A DNA stretch of 64,000 nucleotides from Octopus sinensis. Its lineage: Eukaryota. A model generated the notes under the pieces. The model was not told the DNA's origin and searched no databases. It was given only the letters and a program-made list of their open reading frames with translations. A program made the translations under genes and the position numbers. Positions 1-12,552 of this stretch are shown in pieces; within the stretch, counting starts at the first letter, position 1; every line of letters begins with the position of its first letter. The stretch is from NCBI RefSeq assembly GCF_006345805.1, contig NC_043004.1, positions 39,060,001 to 39,124,000 on the forward strand, written 5' to 3'.

Positions 1-1300
1 GTCGCCAAGAAAAAAAGAGGCGTTGTCGCCGAAGAAAAAAGAGGCGGGGTCGCCCAAGAAAATGGAAAAACCAGTACCAGCATCAACTCCAGCGAAAAAA
101 TTCGATGAAGTGGCTGGGAAAAGGATTAAAAAAATAAATATAGAAAATTTGGAAAAATTTGCAGACTGTGTAAAAAAAGAGGGCACAGAAGTGACTGTGG
201 CCAAAAACATACAAAAAAACATGACGATATAGAAAAAAAAAGAATAATATATAAAACTTACGACACAACGACAAAAATGATCCAAAAAATCGAAGAAAAA
301 AAAATAGAGTTTTGTCTAAAACCTTTTTGGATAAATAACGTATATAAACAGAGGAAAAAGATACGGCACAGTGGAGGTGCGTTTTACTACGGAGGAGATA
401 GCGAAAAAACTATCGATGGAGCCGATCAACAGAAAACATTGTCTTACTACCATTGTATAAAGGAAAAAGGACGTCGAAAATTTCAATGAACAACATACCG
501 CCAGAGGCAGATGCAGAATGCCTGGTGGCAGCAGTGATGGTTGGCCTGGAGGAAAAAATAAACATCCTCCAGGCCACAGTGGAGGAAGAGGAGTTTTGGA
601 AAGGGCAGAAAATAGTGATAGCCATTCAGGCGGAGGTGCAAACACTGGAAGAAATTCCAGAAACGGTAAAGATTAGTGAAGACGAGAAAATAACAGTTTT
701 CGTGGAGGGCAGGAAGCCGAGGTGCTTCGGCTGCGGCAAGAAGGGTCATGTAAGGGCGGAATGCCAACCCCAACCCAAACCGCAGGAAGCACCTAAGCCA
801 AGAGAAAAAGAAGATAATGTGTCACCAGAAGCAGCGTCGGACGGCCCAGAAGGGAAGACTGAAGGTGTGGAGGTGACGGTGACAGCAGAACCAGCGGCGG
901 AGGAAAAAAAGAGCGAGGAAAAGATAAATGAGGAGGGGTGGGCAAAAATTACCGGAAAAAAAAAGAAAAACGGAAACCACCCCTCCCAGAGTAATTTTAA
1001 AAAAGAAAAGAGAGTCAATGAACTCGTATATGGCCGTAAAGGCAGCAAATAGCAGACTCGGAAACGTGTTGGCAGCCATGGCCAAAGTGGAGAAAGTAGT
1101 GAAAAAAAAGACTTTGTAATTTACAGAATAGGCCGGAAGGATTACGGGCGGATAAAGTCAGAATTCTTCCATGACGTAGGCCCACTTAGATTGGATGTGA
1201 CATCTCCACATATATTCGAGGGCCTAAGTCAGACTCCCCCACGAGGCCAGAAAAAGAGTTAGAAGAACAAGAGAAAACCGAACCACTGATATAAAGGTAA
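1..1300 (+). pseudogene. Tx1 ORF1 (RNA-binding/gag-like), frameshifted
   Basis: Pieces in several frames: SPKK-like repeats at the window start, RRM-like YINRGKRYGTVEVRF (~340-385), LYKGKRTSKISMNNIPPE, and CX2CX4HX4C knuckle CFGCGKKGHVRAEC at 723-764 (ORF 453-1052). There is a probable out-of-frame continuation FYRIGRKDYGRI to ~1300. Confidence 0.85.
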
Positions 1301-1303
1301 GTA

Positions 1304-4300
1304 ATGGATTACATTTATGTTGGTTGTTTGAATGTGCGCGGCCTGGGAGCAGGCTGGAAGCAAGGTCGCTTCCTGCATGATATCAGGTCGCGTAATTTAG
1401 ATGTTATTGTTGCTACAGAAACCCGGTTAGAGGGGCCAAGAGGTCTACTCCCGCTGTTTGACGGCTACGAGAGTTTTTTCCCTCCTGGCAGTCCTACAGG
1501 CGGGAGTGGGGTTTGGTCCTATTAAAAAGAACCGGGTTTCTGAGAAAAAGTTAATTTTTGCAGATCCAGAAGGTAGGCTGGTCGTCATGGATTTGACGTT
1601 CAGTAATGGTAAAGTTATCAGACTGGTTGCAATTTACGCACCCAACCATACAGGGCAAAGTGATTATTTTCGTGAACTAGAAAACTTTCTTGGTACTTCG
1701 CATTCATTAGTGGTGCTAGGAGACTTTAACACAATTTGCAAAGCGGATGTAGATTGGGTTGGCTCGCGTCCAGATAGAAAAGGCAACAGTGGCTTCATGG
1801 AACTGCTAAGTCGCTTTGAGCTAGCAGATCCTTATAGGCTGGAATTTCCGAACGCTCCATTGTGGACATGGTCAAACAGCGACGGATCTTCCAGGTCATA
1901 TTTAGATAGAATACTAATTAGAAAAGTAGACAGTAAAATAGCTAAGTGTCCACAGTTTTACCCGATCAGCTACAGTGATCATAAAATGGTCACTTGTAAG
2001 CTTGACATAGATAAGGTTAAAAATAGAGGATCCGGTTACTGGAAACTTAATACGTCCCTTTTGGCGATTAAGGAGTACAAAGACCGGATTAGGAATATAA
2101 TTCAGAGGGCACTATCTGGTACCATCATTAATAACAAATGGTGGTACGCCCTCAAACGAGCCATCAAGATTGAGTCTATTAGATATAGCATAGGAGTAGT
2201 GGCTAGAGAGGCTAGAAGGGAAACTACTCTAGTTAAGGAATTAGAGGAAGCCATGAAAACTGGCTCTGCGGCTCAGGTGGCGTCCAAGAGACTGGTGTTA
2301 AACCAGCACCTCGAGGCCAAACACATGGGCTGCATTGTCAGGGCGAGAATCCGCCATATGGGATGTGAAGGAATCAACGCCGTGAGATGGGCCCGAGTGG
2401 TGGAAGCTCAGCATGGTAACGATGCCACGATTCGATCTTTGACGAACCAACAAGGTGAGTTGATAAACGAACCCGAGAGATGTGTGAGGCCTTTCAGGAG
2501 CACTTCGCTCAGCTTTTCGGTGAGTGCGGCGGACTGGATAGGAGGAGGGCCTTTACGGACCTACTCGACGGGCTGCCGCGCTTATCGGGGCGAGATGCGG
2601 AGGGCTGTGAAGGGCCAATCACGCCTGAGGAGGTGGTTGAGGCAATGGCGGACTGCGGCGCGGGCAAGGCGCCGGGTTTGGATGGTCTACCCTATGAGTT
2701 ATATAAGAGTATGCCAGACTTGTTCGGGCACCTACTGGCGGAGGTCTATGCGAACTGGCAGCAGAACGGGCTTATACCCAGATCTGTGCGCCGGGGAGTA
2801 GTGACTCTCGTCAGAAAGGACCCGAGCAAGGGGGAGTGCATTGATAATTTCAGGCCCATCACTCTGCTAAACACAGAGTTGAAGATTTTGGCCAAGTGTT
2901 ATCGAAAAGATTGGCGCGTGTCGCGGATGGTCTGATCGGAGAGGCACAGACATGTGCTGTTCCGAGGCAGATCCATTCAGGATAATCTCCATCTAATGCG
3001 GTACACTATAGAGGGGTTTAATAGTGATTCTGGCAAGGGTGGGGCACTGGTCCATTTAGACCAATCTAAAGCTTTTGATAGGGTCGACCATCGTTACCTG
3101 GTATCTGCCCTGGCACAGGTCGGGCTGAGCCTTGGCTTCCTCAGGTGGATTATCCAAATTTATGATAACATCGACTCGGTAGTTCGGGTGAACGGCTTCT
3201 TGTCGAAGCCGTTCAAAATCAAACGCTCGGTTCGTCAAGGGTGTCCGCTCTTCCCGCTTTTGTACGTGATGGCTCTTGAGCCATTACTGCGAAAACTGAG
3301 CGGCATCCCGAGACAGCCAGGTAATGGAAAATCAGTGTCAGCGTACGCGGATGACATCACCATCATCGTAACCGAAATGGACCCCCTTAAGTAAAGTAGG
3401 CAAGGCCATAGAGGTTTACGAGACGGTGACAGGAGCAAAAGTTAATCGCGAAAAGTCAGTCGGCTTGCAACTCGGCACCTGGAGAGGCAAGTCGATGCCT
3501 CCTGACAGCGTCGTGGGACGTTGGACGGAGGGTCCGATTAAACTGCTAGGGGTCTGGTTCGGTCCAGACCTCCAAATAGAGAAGAATTGGGGCGAGGTAA
3601 CGAGCAAGGTGGCTGCAGTAGCCAAGACCTGGTCTTGGCGGTGGCTATCCCTGAAAGGGAGGGCGGAGGTGGCCAATGTGTTTATCGCATCGGTTATCAC
3701 CTACCGCCTTTCGGTCGTTCCTTGCCCTGATTCGTGGTTGATCAAGTTGGAAAGACAGCTCTTCTACTTCTTGTGGAAGGGCGGGAAACCACTTGTGAAA
3801 CGCTCTACTTGCTGTCAACAACCGTTAAAGGGTGGGCTAGGGATGCCTTGGCTGATGATGCGCAGACATGCGCTGAGGTTAAGACATCTGTGGCTCTACC
3901 TGGATGGTGAACGGGTGTGGTCTTCGCTAGCAAAACTGATGTTTCCCAAGTTCACTAGTTTCGGTGGATGGAAACCTGGCTGAATCGTAGATCGAAACTT
4001 GGTACTTGGTACACGGAGTGTCGCAAGCTCTCCTGCTATTCCGTCGCTCGGGCAACGCCTGCCGTGGGGGTTCCACCACATTCTTCTATAGAGGGTTGGT
4101 AGAGGCGGAATGTGAAGATACCTTGGGGGAAACCCTAGGTCTCGACGATAATCAGCTGGCCAGTCTGTTCCGACGTACGTTCAAGCCGAGGACACTGGAC
4201 AACTTCCAGAAGTCTCTGGCATGGCAATGCTACAGAGGAGCTCTACCTGTTCGGGATAAACTCGCAAGGCACGGTGGCCAAGACAGTCCGATATGTCCAA

Positions 4301-4695
4301 GATGCGGGCGGGATAGGGAAACCGTCCCGCACGCTATTGTTCATTGTCCGGACGTGTCTGAGGTGTGGGTTTATGCCGAACAGCTGTTGTCAGGTACACG
4401 AAGAGTACAGCTGTCGACTGAGTCGATTACAAAAATTGACCCACCGGATTTCCTCGTGAATGAAGGTAAGTTTCGTTTTCTCGTTGTAGTAGCAATTGCG
4501 AAAGAGGTGATATGGAAGACGAGAATGAAAGGTTTACAGTCAGGCAAGTTCATCTCCCGCCCTGGTTTGATGAATTATTTCATCTTTCACCTGAAAAGGA
4601 AGATAGGGCTGGAGAGAATATGCCTGACTAGGAGAGTGTATGAAGAACGATGGAAGGATGTAGCACGAAAGTTGCGAGTGAAAGATACAACATAA
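1304..4695 (+). pseudogene. Tx1 ORF2 (APE endonuclease - reverse transcriptase - zf-RVT), about five frameshifts
   Basis: Endonuclease motifs CLNVRGL, ETR, IYAPN, LGDFN, YLDRIL, SDHK. RT motifs KAPGLDGLP, FRPITLLN, DQSKAFDRVDH, RQGCPL and YADD (3344-3355). C-terminal ALPVRDKL...CPRC...HAIVHC. Split over ORFs 1304-1525, 1458-2801, 2480-2935, 2954-3394, 3426-3983 and 4006-4695. Confidence 0.95.
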
Positions 4696-4940
4696 ATGTA
4701 ATACCAAGCGCAACCAAAAGTATCAGTGGGGAGGCGGGGCTCGTGGGGTCCGAGCTAACCCGCACCCACTCCACCCGTAATGTCTTCCGGTCTGTCCCAT
4801 CATTCGATTTCTGTCCATTTATTGTAATTCATGAAAATTTTTAAATTCGATTTATTGTAAAAACCCATTCGTGTGTCTGACCCCATCATCAGATTGTATT
4901 GTCCCATCTATGTTCGCCCCTTGTGGGTAATAATAAAACA

Positions 4941-5270
4941 ACATGGAGGAAAGCACCTTCGAAAAGTGTCTTGGTGCGATTATGAAAGGTATCTAATCAG
5001 AGGCGGTAAATTCGCCACAATAGAAGCAAGGTTCGAGTCAACGGAGCGTGCAACGGAGTACTTGACTCGAACTTGCAAAGTGGAAATATTTTATTTTTAC
5101 CTTTATATCTGGGACATAGGACGTCCCGGAAAAAAATTTTAATGCCCCCCGTCCCAGAAGTAGAGGTAGGCTGGATTGTAGCCACACTTCTATACAAGAG
5201 GGAGGACAAGATGCAATTGATCGAAATTACAAGAGACGGGCTAACAATTCCAGTCTGTTATATATTTTGA
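4941..5270 (+). pseudogene. Relic of a second, divergent Tx1-type ORF1 (RRM region)
   Basis: YLIRGGKFATIEARF...LFLPLYLGHRTSR...VPEVEVGWIVATLL aligns by eye to YINRGKRYGTVEVRF...LYKGKRTSK...PEADAECLVAAVM (ORF1 above) and to FLTRGSKYGTVVVHF...LLPTYLNRRITR...NVEAEWIVAAVI (15-16 kb element). Confidence 0.7.
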
Positions 5271-5389
5271 GTATTGTTATCACTAGCGATATCAAGATAT
5301 AACTTTGTATTTTGTATTTTATGTGTAGATGTATATATATAGATGTACATGTAATATGTACACATATATATACACATATATACATGAAG

Positions 5390-5428
5390 TAGCACTATGA
5401 CCCGGCAACGACGGGTCTTTAATGCTAG
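5390..5428 (+). mobile_element. Helitron-like 3' terminus (mini-helitron relic)
   Basis: A GACCCG/CGGGTC hairpin (5399-5417) lies 7 nt before CTAG (5425-5428), which is followed by T. It is embedded in TA-rich repeats. Confidence 0.45.
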
Positions 5429-5437
5429 TATATATAT

Positions 5438-6540
5438 TGTTACGGACCACCTGCCGTCGCTCGGTCGATCAGCGAATGTTTTCGCCACGGAAACTCGGAG
5501 AGGAGAGAGAGATACAACAACAATAGCAGCAGCAGCACAGAGGCAATCGAGAGAGACACAAAGAGGCAAGGCAATTGGCTTACATTTGACAACTAGTTTA
5601 TGACATTCAATTGTTACAACATCAATTACATTTCAGATACATTTAAAAGAGGACATGCAAGTAACAACTCAACACATCATACAGGTATACCACAGATCAA
5701 AGCATTTAAACATGCAGATACAATACAACCGTCCGGTAACAACACATCAAGTTCAATACATCAGCATTTCAAGAGTACACGTCCGAAGACACAGTTCTAT
5801 TTCAAAACACATTAAAGGCATATACAGTTCGAAGGACATTAAAGGCCTAACAGTTCAATGTTCATTATACAATATTCAAATCACAACACGGTACACAATG
5901 TCCTTAGACAATTCACATTGTTCATTAAATTCCTTTTTACTGTCTCATTTCTTTTCACTGTTCAATACATCGATTCTTTTTCCTTCTTTTTCTTCACATA
6001 TCAATACACAATTCACGTACCTTTCATTAGCCAACGCCTCATATTGCACCTCATCTCTCTCAGTACTGCTAGCTCCAACTTGCCAAACTCTTGCCCCGAA
6101 TTCCCAAATCTTTGCTCCTAAAATCCCAACTGCTCGCTTTGACGACCAAAATCCGACTGTTCAAACGTCTTGCTCTCTCACCACCACTCAATCTGTCTTA
6201 GCACTGCTAATATTCTCTCTATCTGCTCTCAGATTCCTTAATCTGCCTATCTTCATCGACGCTGCTGCTGTCACTCTCTCATGACAGCTCTCAGATCCCT
6301 TACTCTGTCTTTCTCACTACTTTCTTCTTCCTCTTCTTCACTGTCACTAGATTCTTCCTTACTCTATCTTCTTCGGCCCTCACATCTCTCTGACCTCTAA
6401 TCGACCGGCACAAGGCCAAAGGTCCCTCCAAAAGCCATTAGTCTTCCGTAAAGAAAGGGCTGTAACTTTTTATTCCAGAGTTTCCGGCTCCAATCTCAAC
6501 AAAGTTGGTCAAGAAATACTGTACCAGCCGAACCACAACA
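5438..6540. mobile_element. Candidate solo LTR (~1.1 kb)
   Basis: Begins TGTTACGG and ends CCACAACA (imperfect inverted TGTT...AACA termini), with ATAT(AT) on both sides. No recognisable protein domain inside. Confidence 0.5.
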
Positions 6541-6575
<35 letters not shown>

Positions 6576-9500
6576 TGTATGTATGTATTATGTGTATACG
6601 TATATGTGTGTACGTAAGTGGCTTGCATATATGTATATGTATACATGTACGTATACGTATATATATATATATATACACTAAACCCTAAATTTCAATTTCT
6701 TTTTACAAAGTCGTGAATGTGCTTTCAAAGGCATAATTGAAAAATAAATATAAAAATATCAAAAGTGAAACGTTCGGACTGAGTCACGTGTTTCGATGTG
6801 GTGAATGTAAAATGTAAAGCAAAATGGGTAAACAACATTTAATTTTGGTTTGCTTTGTCATGCGGACTCGGGAACATCAGTATGTAAGACTTAGAAACCC
6901 GTAGACATTTTCAGTAGAAGAAAGTATGTTATTGTGCTTCACTTTGTCATAAAAGAAGACAGATACCATTAGAGCGTAAAAAATCCTATGTGGAATAACG
7001 GAACGAGCGTGGAGCTCCCAAGTTTCTGCAAAGAGTATTTAAGGGATTTTTGGCTCGTTTTCAGTAGGAAAAAGAAACTTTATCAGTAAGCTGTTATCGA
7101 TTTCATGTTGGATAAGAGACTCAAGGGGACATTATTGCCATGTGAAATACAGGTCTGTCTGCCCGTGGTGAAATGGACTGGGTGATTTGCCTCATATCTC
7201 GGATCGATATACCACACCTACTTGGATCAAAACGTAAAGATCACAAACACGCCGCAATGCATTTTGCTCCACACAGCAGCACTTCCGACCATTTCTCACC
7301 ACATTTTTTTTATCTCACTGAACCATATACGCGAACACACAAACATACGCACGCGTGCGCACATACACAAGTACACAAACATACACACACACTCACACTC
7401 GCACAAATATACAGAAACTAGTCCAATTTCTCTTGCTGTCCATTTGTGTGCATATATTTATATCTGTGTGTACACTCACACGTACGTGCGCACATGCATA
7501 CCTGTATACATATATGTGTGAAAATAGGTGGTGAGAAGTGTATATGTATGTCTATGTTCTAATAAATATCCGGTGATATACATTGGTAGTGCTGATGTCT
7601 AATTCTAGACAAGCTCTGATAGAATAGTTCATGATGTAAGGTATTCCAGTCGTGACCATCACATAGACTTATTCAGAAGTAGCACATGAAATATCCCTTC
7701 GTAAAGAAAGCTGAATGTTATGAAAAGGATATCAACTTTTATTTCGTAGAAGTCAAATGACTACATACAATTTTCTTCAGTCAATTATCTGAAAATATCT
7801 TTGAGGAGTCACTGTGTGTGCGCTTAACTGTATGTGCGCCACATCTAGCGTTGTGCTTCGTACAAGCGTCTGTTACCATAAGCTCAGATTGAACAAAGAC
7901 CAAGAGATTATACCGAATGCTTAATATACAAATGACGGGGTAAAGACCTGGTTAATTATGAAACATACAGGTGGAAGACACCACACATGTGATCAGCAGC
8001 TGCCATAAAGTGTCATCAAGGTGCTACCTACCGATGTGACTTAACACTTTCGCTAAACCAGTTTAAAATGCTATCTGGAGAACAAAACTGTCTGTTCTGA
8101 GCTAAACATGGAGAATCCTTCTGTTATTGATAACGTACATGAACATTAGCCCGAAGAATATTTGTGGAATATTCCCATCAAAACATCTTCGAAGAGAAAC
8201 ATTAACAACCCGCATATAGTTCTTTGTGACATACATGGATAATATGTACCATATTAAAGTCAATTGCTGTGCTGATGTGAATATCTCGTCGAAAACTTGA
8301 GCAAGAGAAATACTGCAGACAACTGCTTCGAACCTTCGCTCTTGACTCCTCGTTAGTAAATTTGCATTTATACTGATACTAACTGGTTGCTGATTTTCTT
8401 AGCAAAAGCTTAAATTGCAATCTGAAGAACTAGGATTTTCAGAAAAAGGAATCACACATTGAATATAGAATATCTAAGCGGAACAGGTGCAGTATGCACG
8501 ACGCTTCTCAAGTCCGAAATGTGGCATTGCTCTTGCTATCTGCATTCTAAGAATAGAGCTTTGTATCTTTATTAGAGATCGTCTCCTTCTTTAAAGGAAT
8601 TTTCAAATAATGAAAAATGGAATATAATGTGTGTGCCTGTGTGTGTGAGAGAGTTTGTATGTGTGTTTGCAGGTGTGTGTGTGAGTGAATGTGTATGTAC
8701 TTTCATTTACATTAGTTGATAGAAAATATGTATATTTGCAGATTTTAAAAATAGATAACTTTTTTATTATTATTTTACATAATCTATAAAGTGTACAAAC
8801 TTCTTTTTCTCCTCTCTGTTCTTAAATCAACACGAGATATCAGGTAATAACGTTTTCAGCACAAAAGTCTAATTTTAATTAATAAACAAATTTTTTGTCA
8901 TACTACATCAATTATTCATGTCCAAAAATTAATCTTCTATATATGAACGTTGAAAAGTTTGTTCTTTATGCGTATTTATTAGTTCTGCATGCGTGTAGAA
9001 TGTTCGATTGCTCTCTGTATGGATTTTTGAATAATCCATATATTTTGTAGGCGTGTATTATCTGCGTATGCTTCAATGCTAGAACCTCTGTATACATGCA
9101 TGGGAGATCATTTGGTTGCATGACTGCTTATCTGGACGGAAATGTCGACAATAATGTTTGAAAGATTATGCATATGATGAGCAATGCATTAGAAAAGATA
9201 TTATATTTAGAATTCATGGGTTATGATTGTTACTGATCATGTATATCCCTGAACGAGCACATGTAATTCTTGTGAGGAAGCACTGCTGGCTTTCCGTTCC
9301 ATTTATTAAGTATTCCAATAATTAAATATCCGTGCATACAATACCACAATGTTCACATGGAGTGCAGAGGCTGTTTCGTTTACATCCAGGCGGACGAAAT
9401 ATGAATAGAGGCAGGAATTAATAGCTATAGTGAATTCAGAGATCAAGTCATATCTTGCAAAAGACATGTTACAAATGGACGAAAGGTCTGATGAGAGGTA

Positions 9501-10690
9501 TAGTTTCCAAGAACAGTGGAGACATTGCATACAGAATATTAATTTTTTCATTATGTTTTGAACAGTATGAATATGAGGCATACGATATATAATACTTTAT
9601 ATATCAGTTAATTAGCTTATGTATGGAATGAAATATATTCAGTTAGAAACCATTCATGACTCTTGACCTGGAAAGTGTAAAATAAATTAAAATTGTAATT
9701 AAAATTGTTGTCTAAAACTAGCTTAAAGCTTTTAACATTGTTTGGAACAGAGTCCCAATACTCCACATCATTAACTGTGTTTAATGTCATACTGTTGAGA
9801 CCTCAATCAATCCTAAAGATAGGCAGCCGACCGGTAACAGTTTCAAAACAAGAATAGATTACATAATGATTTTATATGGGGGGGAAAAAAATCAATGCTG
9901 ATAACATTCATTCTTTTGATGCTTTCTTACTGTGCCTAATATCACATGCTAGACTATAATAATAATTCTACGAAATCTTTATACTATTTCCATACATAGA
10001 CATATCTAAGCACACATACATTTACACACACGCACATACACACGTGGTCAAATATGCCAGATTATGGGTTTCAGTCATGTGTAATCCCCTGGAGCGTAAT
10101 CTTCCTATCAGATTATTCCATCGTGTCTTAGCAGAGTTGTCTCTTCTCTCGAGCTTTTACTTGACAAACTGTCAAACTCCCCCCGTGTGAATCCTCTCTC
10201 ACTATTCCTCTAATACTCACCACTGTTCATGACACATACGCACGCACACACACAACCATATATATAATATATATGCATATGCTTGTATACATATAAACCT
10301 ATACGCACATATGAATATATATATATATATATATGCATCCTCGTATGCATGCATAAACTCACATACGTATACACATGTTTGCATATATACATATACAGTT
10401 ACATAAATGTGACTAGAGAGTTGAAGCGAAAGTGAAATAGAAGATGCTACATGTTGCAAGATGATACATGATATAACACATGACACATCAGGAAAATTAA
10501 AACAGATACAGCATAAAACGATATCAAAAGTAACAGAAGTGTGTGAAATGCCACCCAAATATACCAGACATACTCGATGGTCAAGAATGAGGATTCGTTT
10601 ATATGTGACTGTGAGGATACCAACTATAATGTTGTTTGGTGCATGCGCATGGATTTATGGAAACATTACAGTGCTGATTTAATAAATTTA

Positions 10691-10865
10691 GGCGCAGGAG
10701 TGGCTGTGTGGTAAGTAGCTTGCTAACCAACCTCATGGTTCCGAGTTCAGTCCCACTGCGTGGCACCTTGGGCAAGTGTCTTCTGCTATAGCCCCGAGCC
10801 GACCAATGCCTTGTGAGTGGATTTGGTAGACGGAAACTGAAAGAAGCCTGTCGTATATATATATA

Positions 10866-10909
<44 letters not shown>

Positions 10910-11128
10910 TTGTGTGTCTGTGTTTGTCCCCCTAGCATTGCTTGACAACCGATGCTGGTGTGTTTACGTCCCTGACACTTAGCGGTTCGGCTAAAAGAGA
11001 CCGATAGAATAAGTACTGGGCTTACAAAGAATAAGTCCCGGGGTCGATTTGTTCGACTAAAGGCGGTGCTCCAGCATGGCCGCAGTCAAATGACTGAAAC
11101 AAGTAAAAAGAGTAAAAAGAGTAAAAAG
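10691..11128 (+). mobile_element. tRNA-derived SINE, family A (head + internal (TA)n(TG)n + GAGTAAAA tail)
   Basis: Head GGCGCAGGAGTGGCTGTGTGGTAAG, B-box-like GAGTTCAGTCCC and a repeated GAGTAAAA tail. Near-identical modules recur at 39.9, 43.7, 56.3 and 59.3 kb. Confidence 0.9.
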
Positions 11129-11608
11129 AAAAAGAGAGAATATATGTGAAGATTCCATTCCCTGGAATCTAGTTTAAAGGAATAATCAACTTCTAATCAA
11201 ATACTTATACAGACGCATATGATTTTCTTTGAAAAAAAAAAAGGAAATATAAAGTCGTGGGACCGGGAGAAATTCTGGAAAACTTCAATAAATCTCGGTA
11301 CATATTATATATTTATATTCACATTGCTCTTGATATGTGTGAGTGACAGAGGGACAGTGTAAGGTACTTTACGAAGTAACTCAAATCACATGTAGCTGTA
11401 GATTATAGCCCACAATCTGGAAAAAAGTGGATAAAATCATTCTCAGGGACATTAATCACATTTCCCTTACTGCAATTCAGGAGAAGGTCGTATTTTCAAG
11501 TTTCCCAATTCTTCAAACATCAAAATCCGATGCGCGGGCATATGTGCGTGTCTCTTTACATTGTATGCATATATATTCACACATACATATGAATGTAAGA
11601 TGGGAGTA

Positions 11609-11646
<38 letters not shown>

Positions 11647-11649
11647 TAT

Positions 11650-11920
11650 AGACAGAGAGTCAGACAGATAGACAGACAGATAGAGAGTCAGACAGACAGA
11701 CAGACAGACAGAAAGTCAGACAGACAGAGAGTCAGGCAGACAGAGAGTCAGGCAGACAGAGAGTCAGACAGACAGACCGACAGAGAGTCAGACAGACAGA
11801 CAGAGAGTCAGACAGACAGACAGACAGAGAGTCAGACAGACAGACAGAGAGTCAGAGAGACAGACAGACAGACAGACAGGCAGACATACACACAGATAGA
11901 TAGATAGATAGATAGATAGA
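11650..11920. repeat. Compound (GACA)n/GAGAGTCA minisatellite grading into (GATA)n
   Basis: Repeated GAGAGTCA anchors are separated by variable numbers of GACA units. Confidence 0.9.
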
Positions 11921-12521
11921 TATACATATATGTATATATATATAATATATTCAATTAAATATCGATCATTCGAGTATCAAAACGAGCAGCTTTAAAAAGA
12001 GTTTATCCTCATAACGTTGTTTCGGCAATTTCCAAAGAAATGTTTGCGAAATACAATGTTAAATTTATATTTACAAGTGAATTACATTATTATGTATTAT
12101 GAAGTTATTTGCCAATTAAGCAGAGTAGTAAAGGATTAATGCAATGAACAATTATAACATAAGAACTCAACAATGTAATTAATTCGTTTTTCAGTCCACT
12201 CTAATATTTGATGAATCAATTAGCGTAGAACGAAGACTTCACAAATATTACTTGCTAGTGAGTATCTCTCAGCTTGACTGTCTACGCCTTTGTCCATTAG
12301 CCTGTCTGCTTCCGTATTTGTATATGATTGTTTGTCTGTGTCAAAAACACACACACATACACATATATACGCACAAAGGTAAATACGCAATATATATATA
12401 TATATATATAAAATGGCGGTGCCCCAGCATGGCCACAGCTCATAAGCTGAAACTAGAATCAATCAATGTACGTGTATTATATATATATATATAATTATAC
12501 ACACAAAAATAAATACGCATA

Positions 12522-12548
<27 letters not shown>

Positions 12549-12552
<4 letters not shown>

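Larger units (their letters stand above)
1..4940 (+). mobile_element. Tx1/L1-clade non-LTR retrotransposon (5' end beyond window start), degenerate
   Basis: ORF1 with a CCHC knuckle is followed by ORF2 with APE endonuclease, RT and C-terminal zinc-finger motifs. A ~245-bp 3' UTR ends ...GCCCCTTGTGGGTAATAATAAAACA at ~4940. Confidence 0.93.

Noticed and set aside
4936-4946. ACAA(C/T)ATGG shared downstream of the Tx1 tail and of the ORF1-only tails as a target motif
   Set aside because: A 9-mer with one mismatch and an ambiguous tail boundary; two sites are not enough to call specificity.
5655-6284. 209-aa ORF inside the candidate solo LTR
   Set aside because: It has low-complexity S/L/T composition, no motif, and reflects a pyrimidine-rich strand.
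11650-11920. Regularly spaced GAGAGTCA repeats as a CRISPR-like array
   Set aside because: The spacers are just (GACA)n, the context is eukaryotic and there are no cas genes; it is a simple minisatellite.
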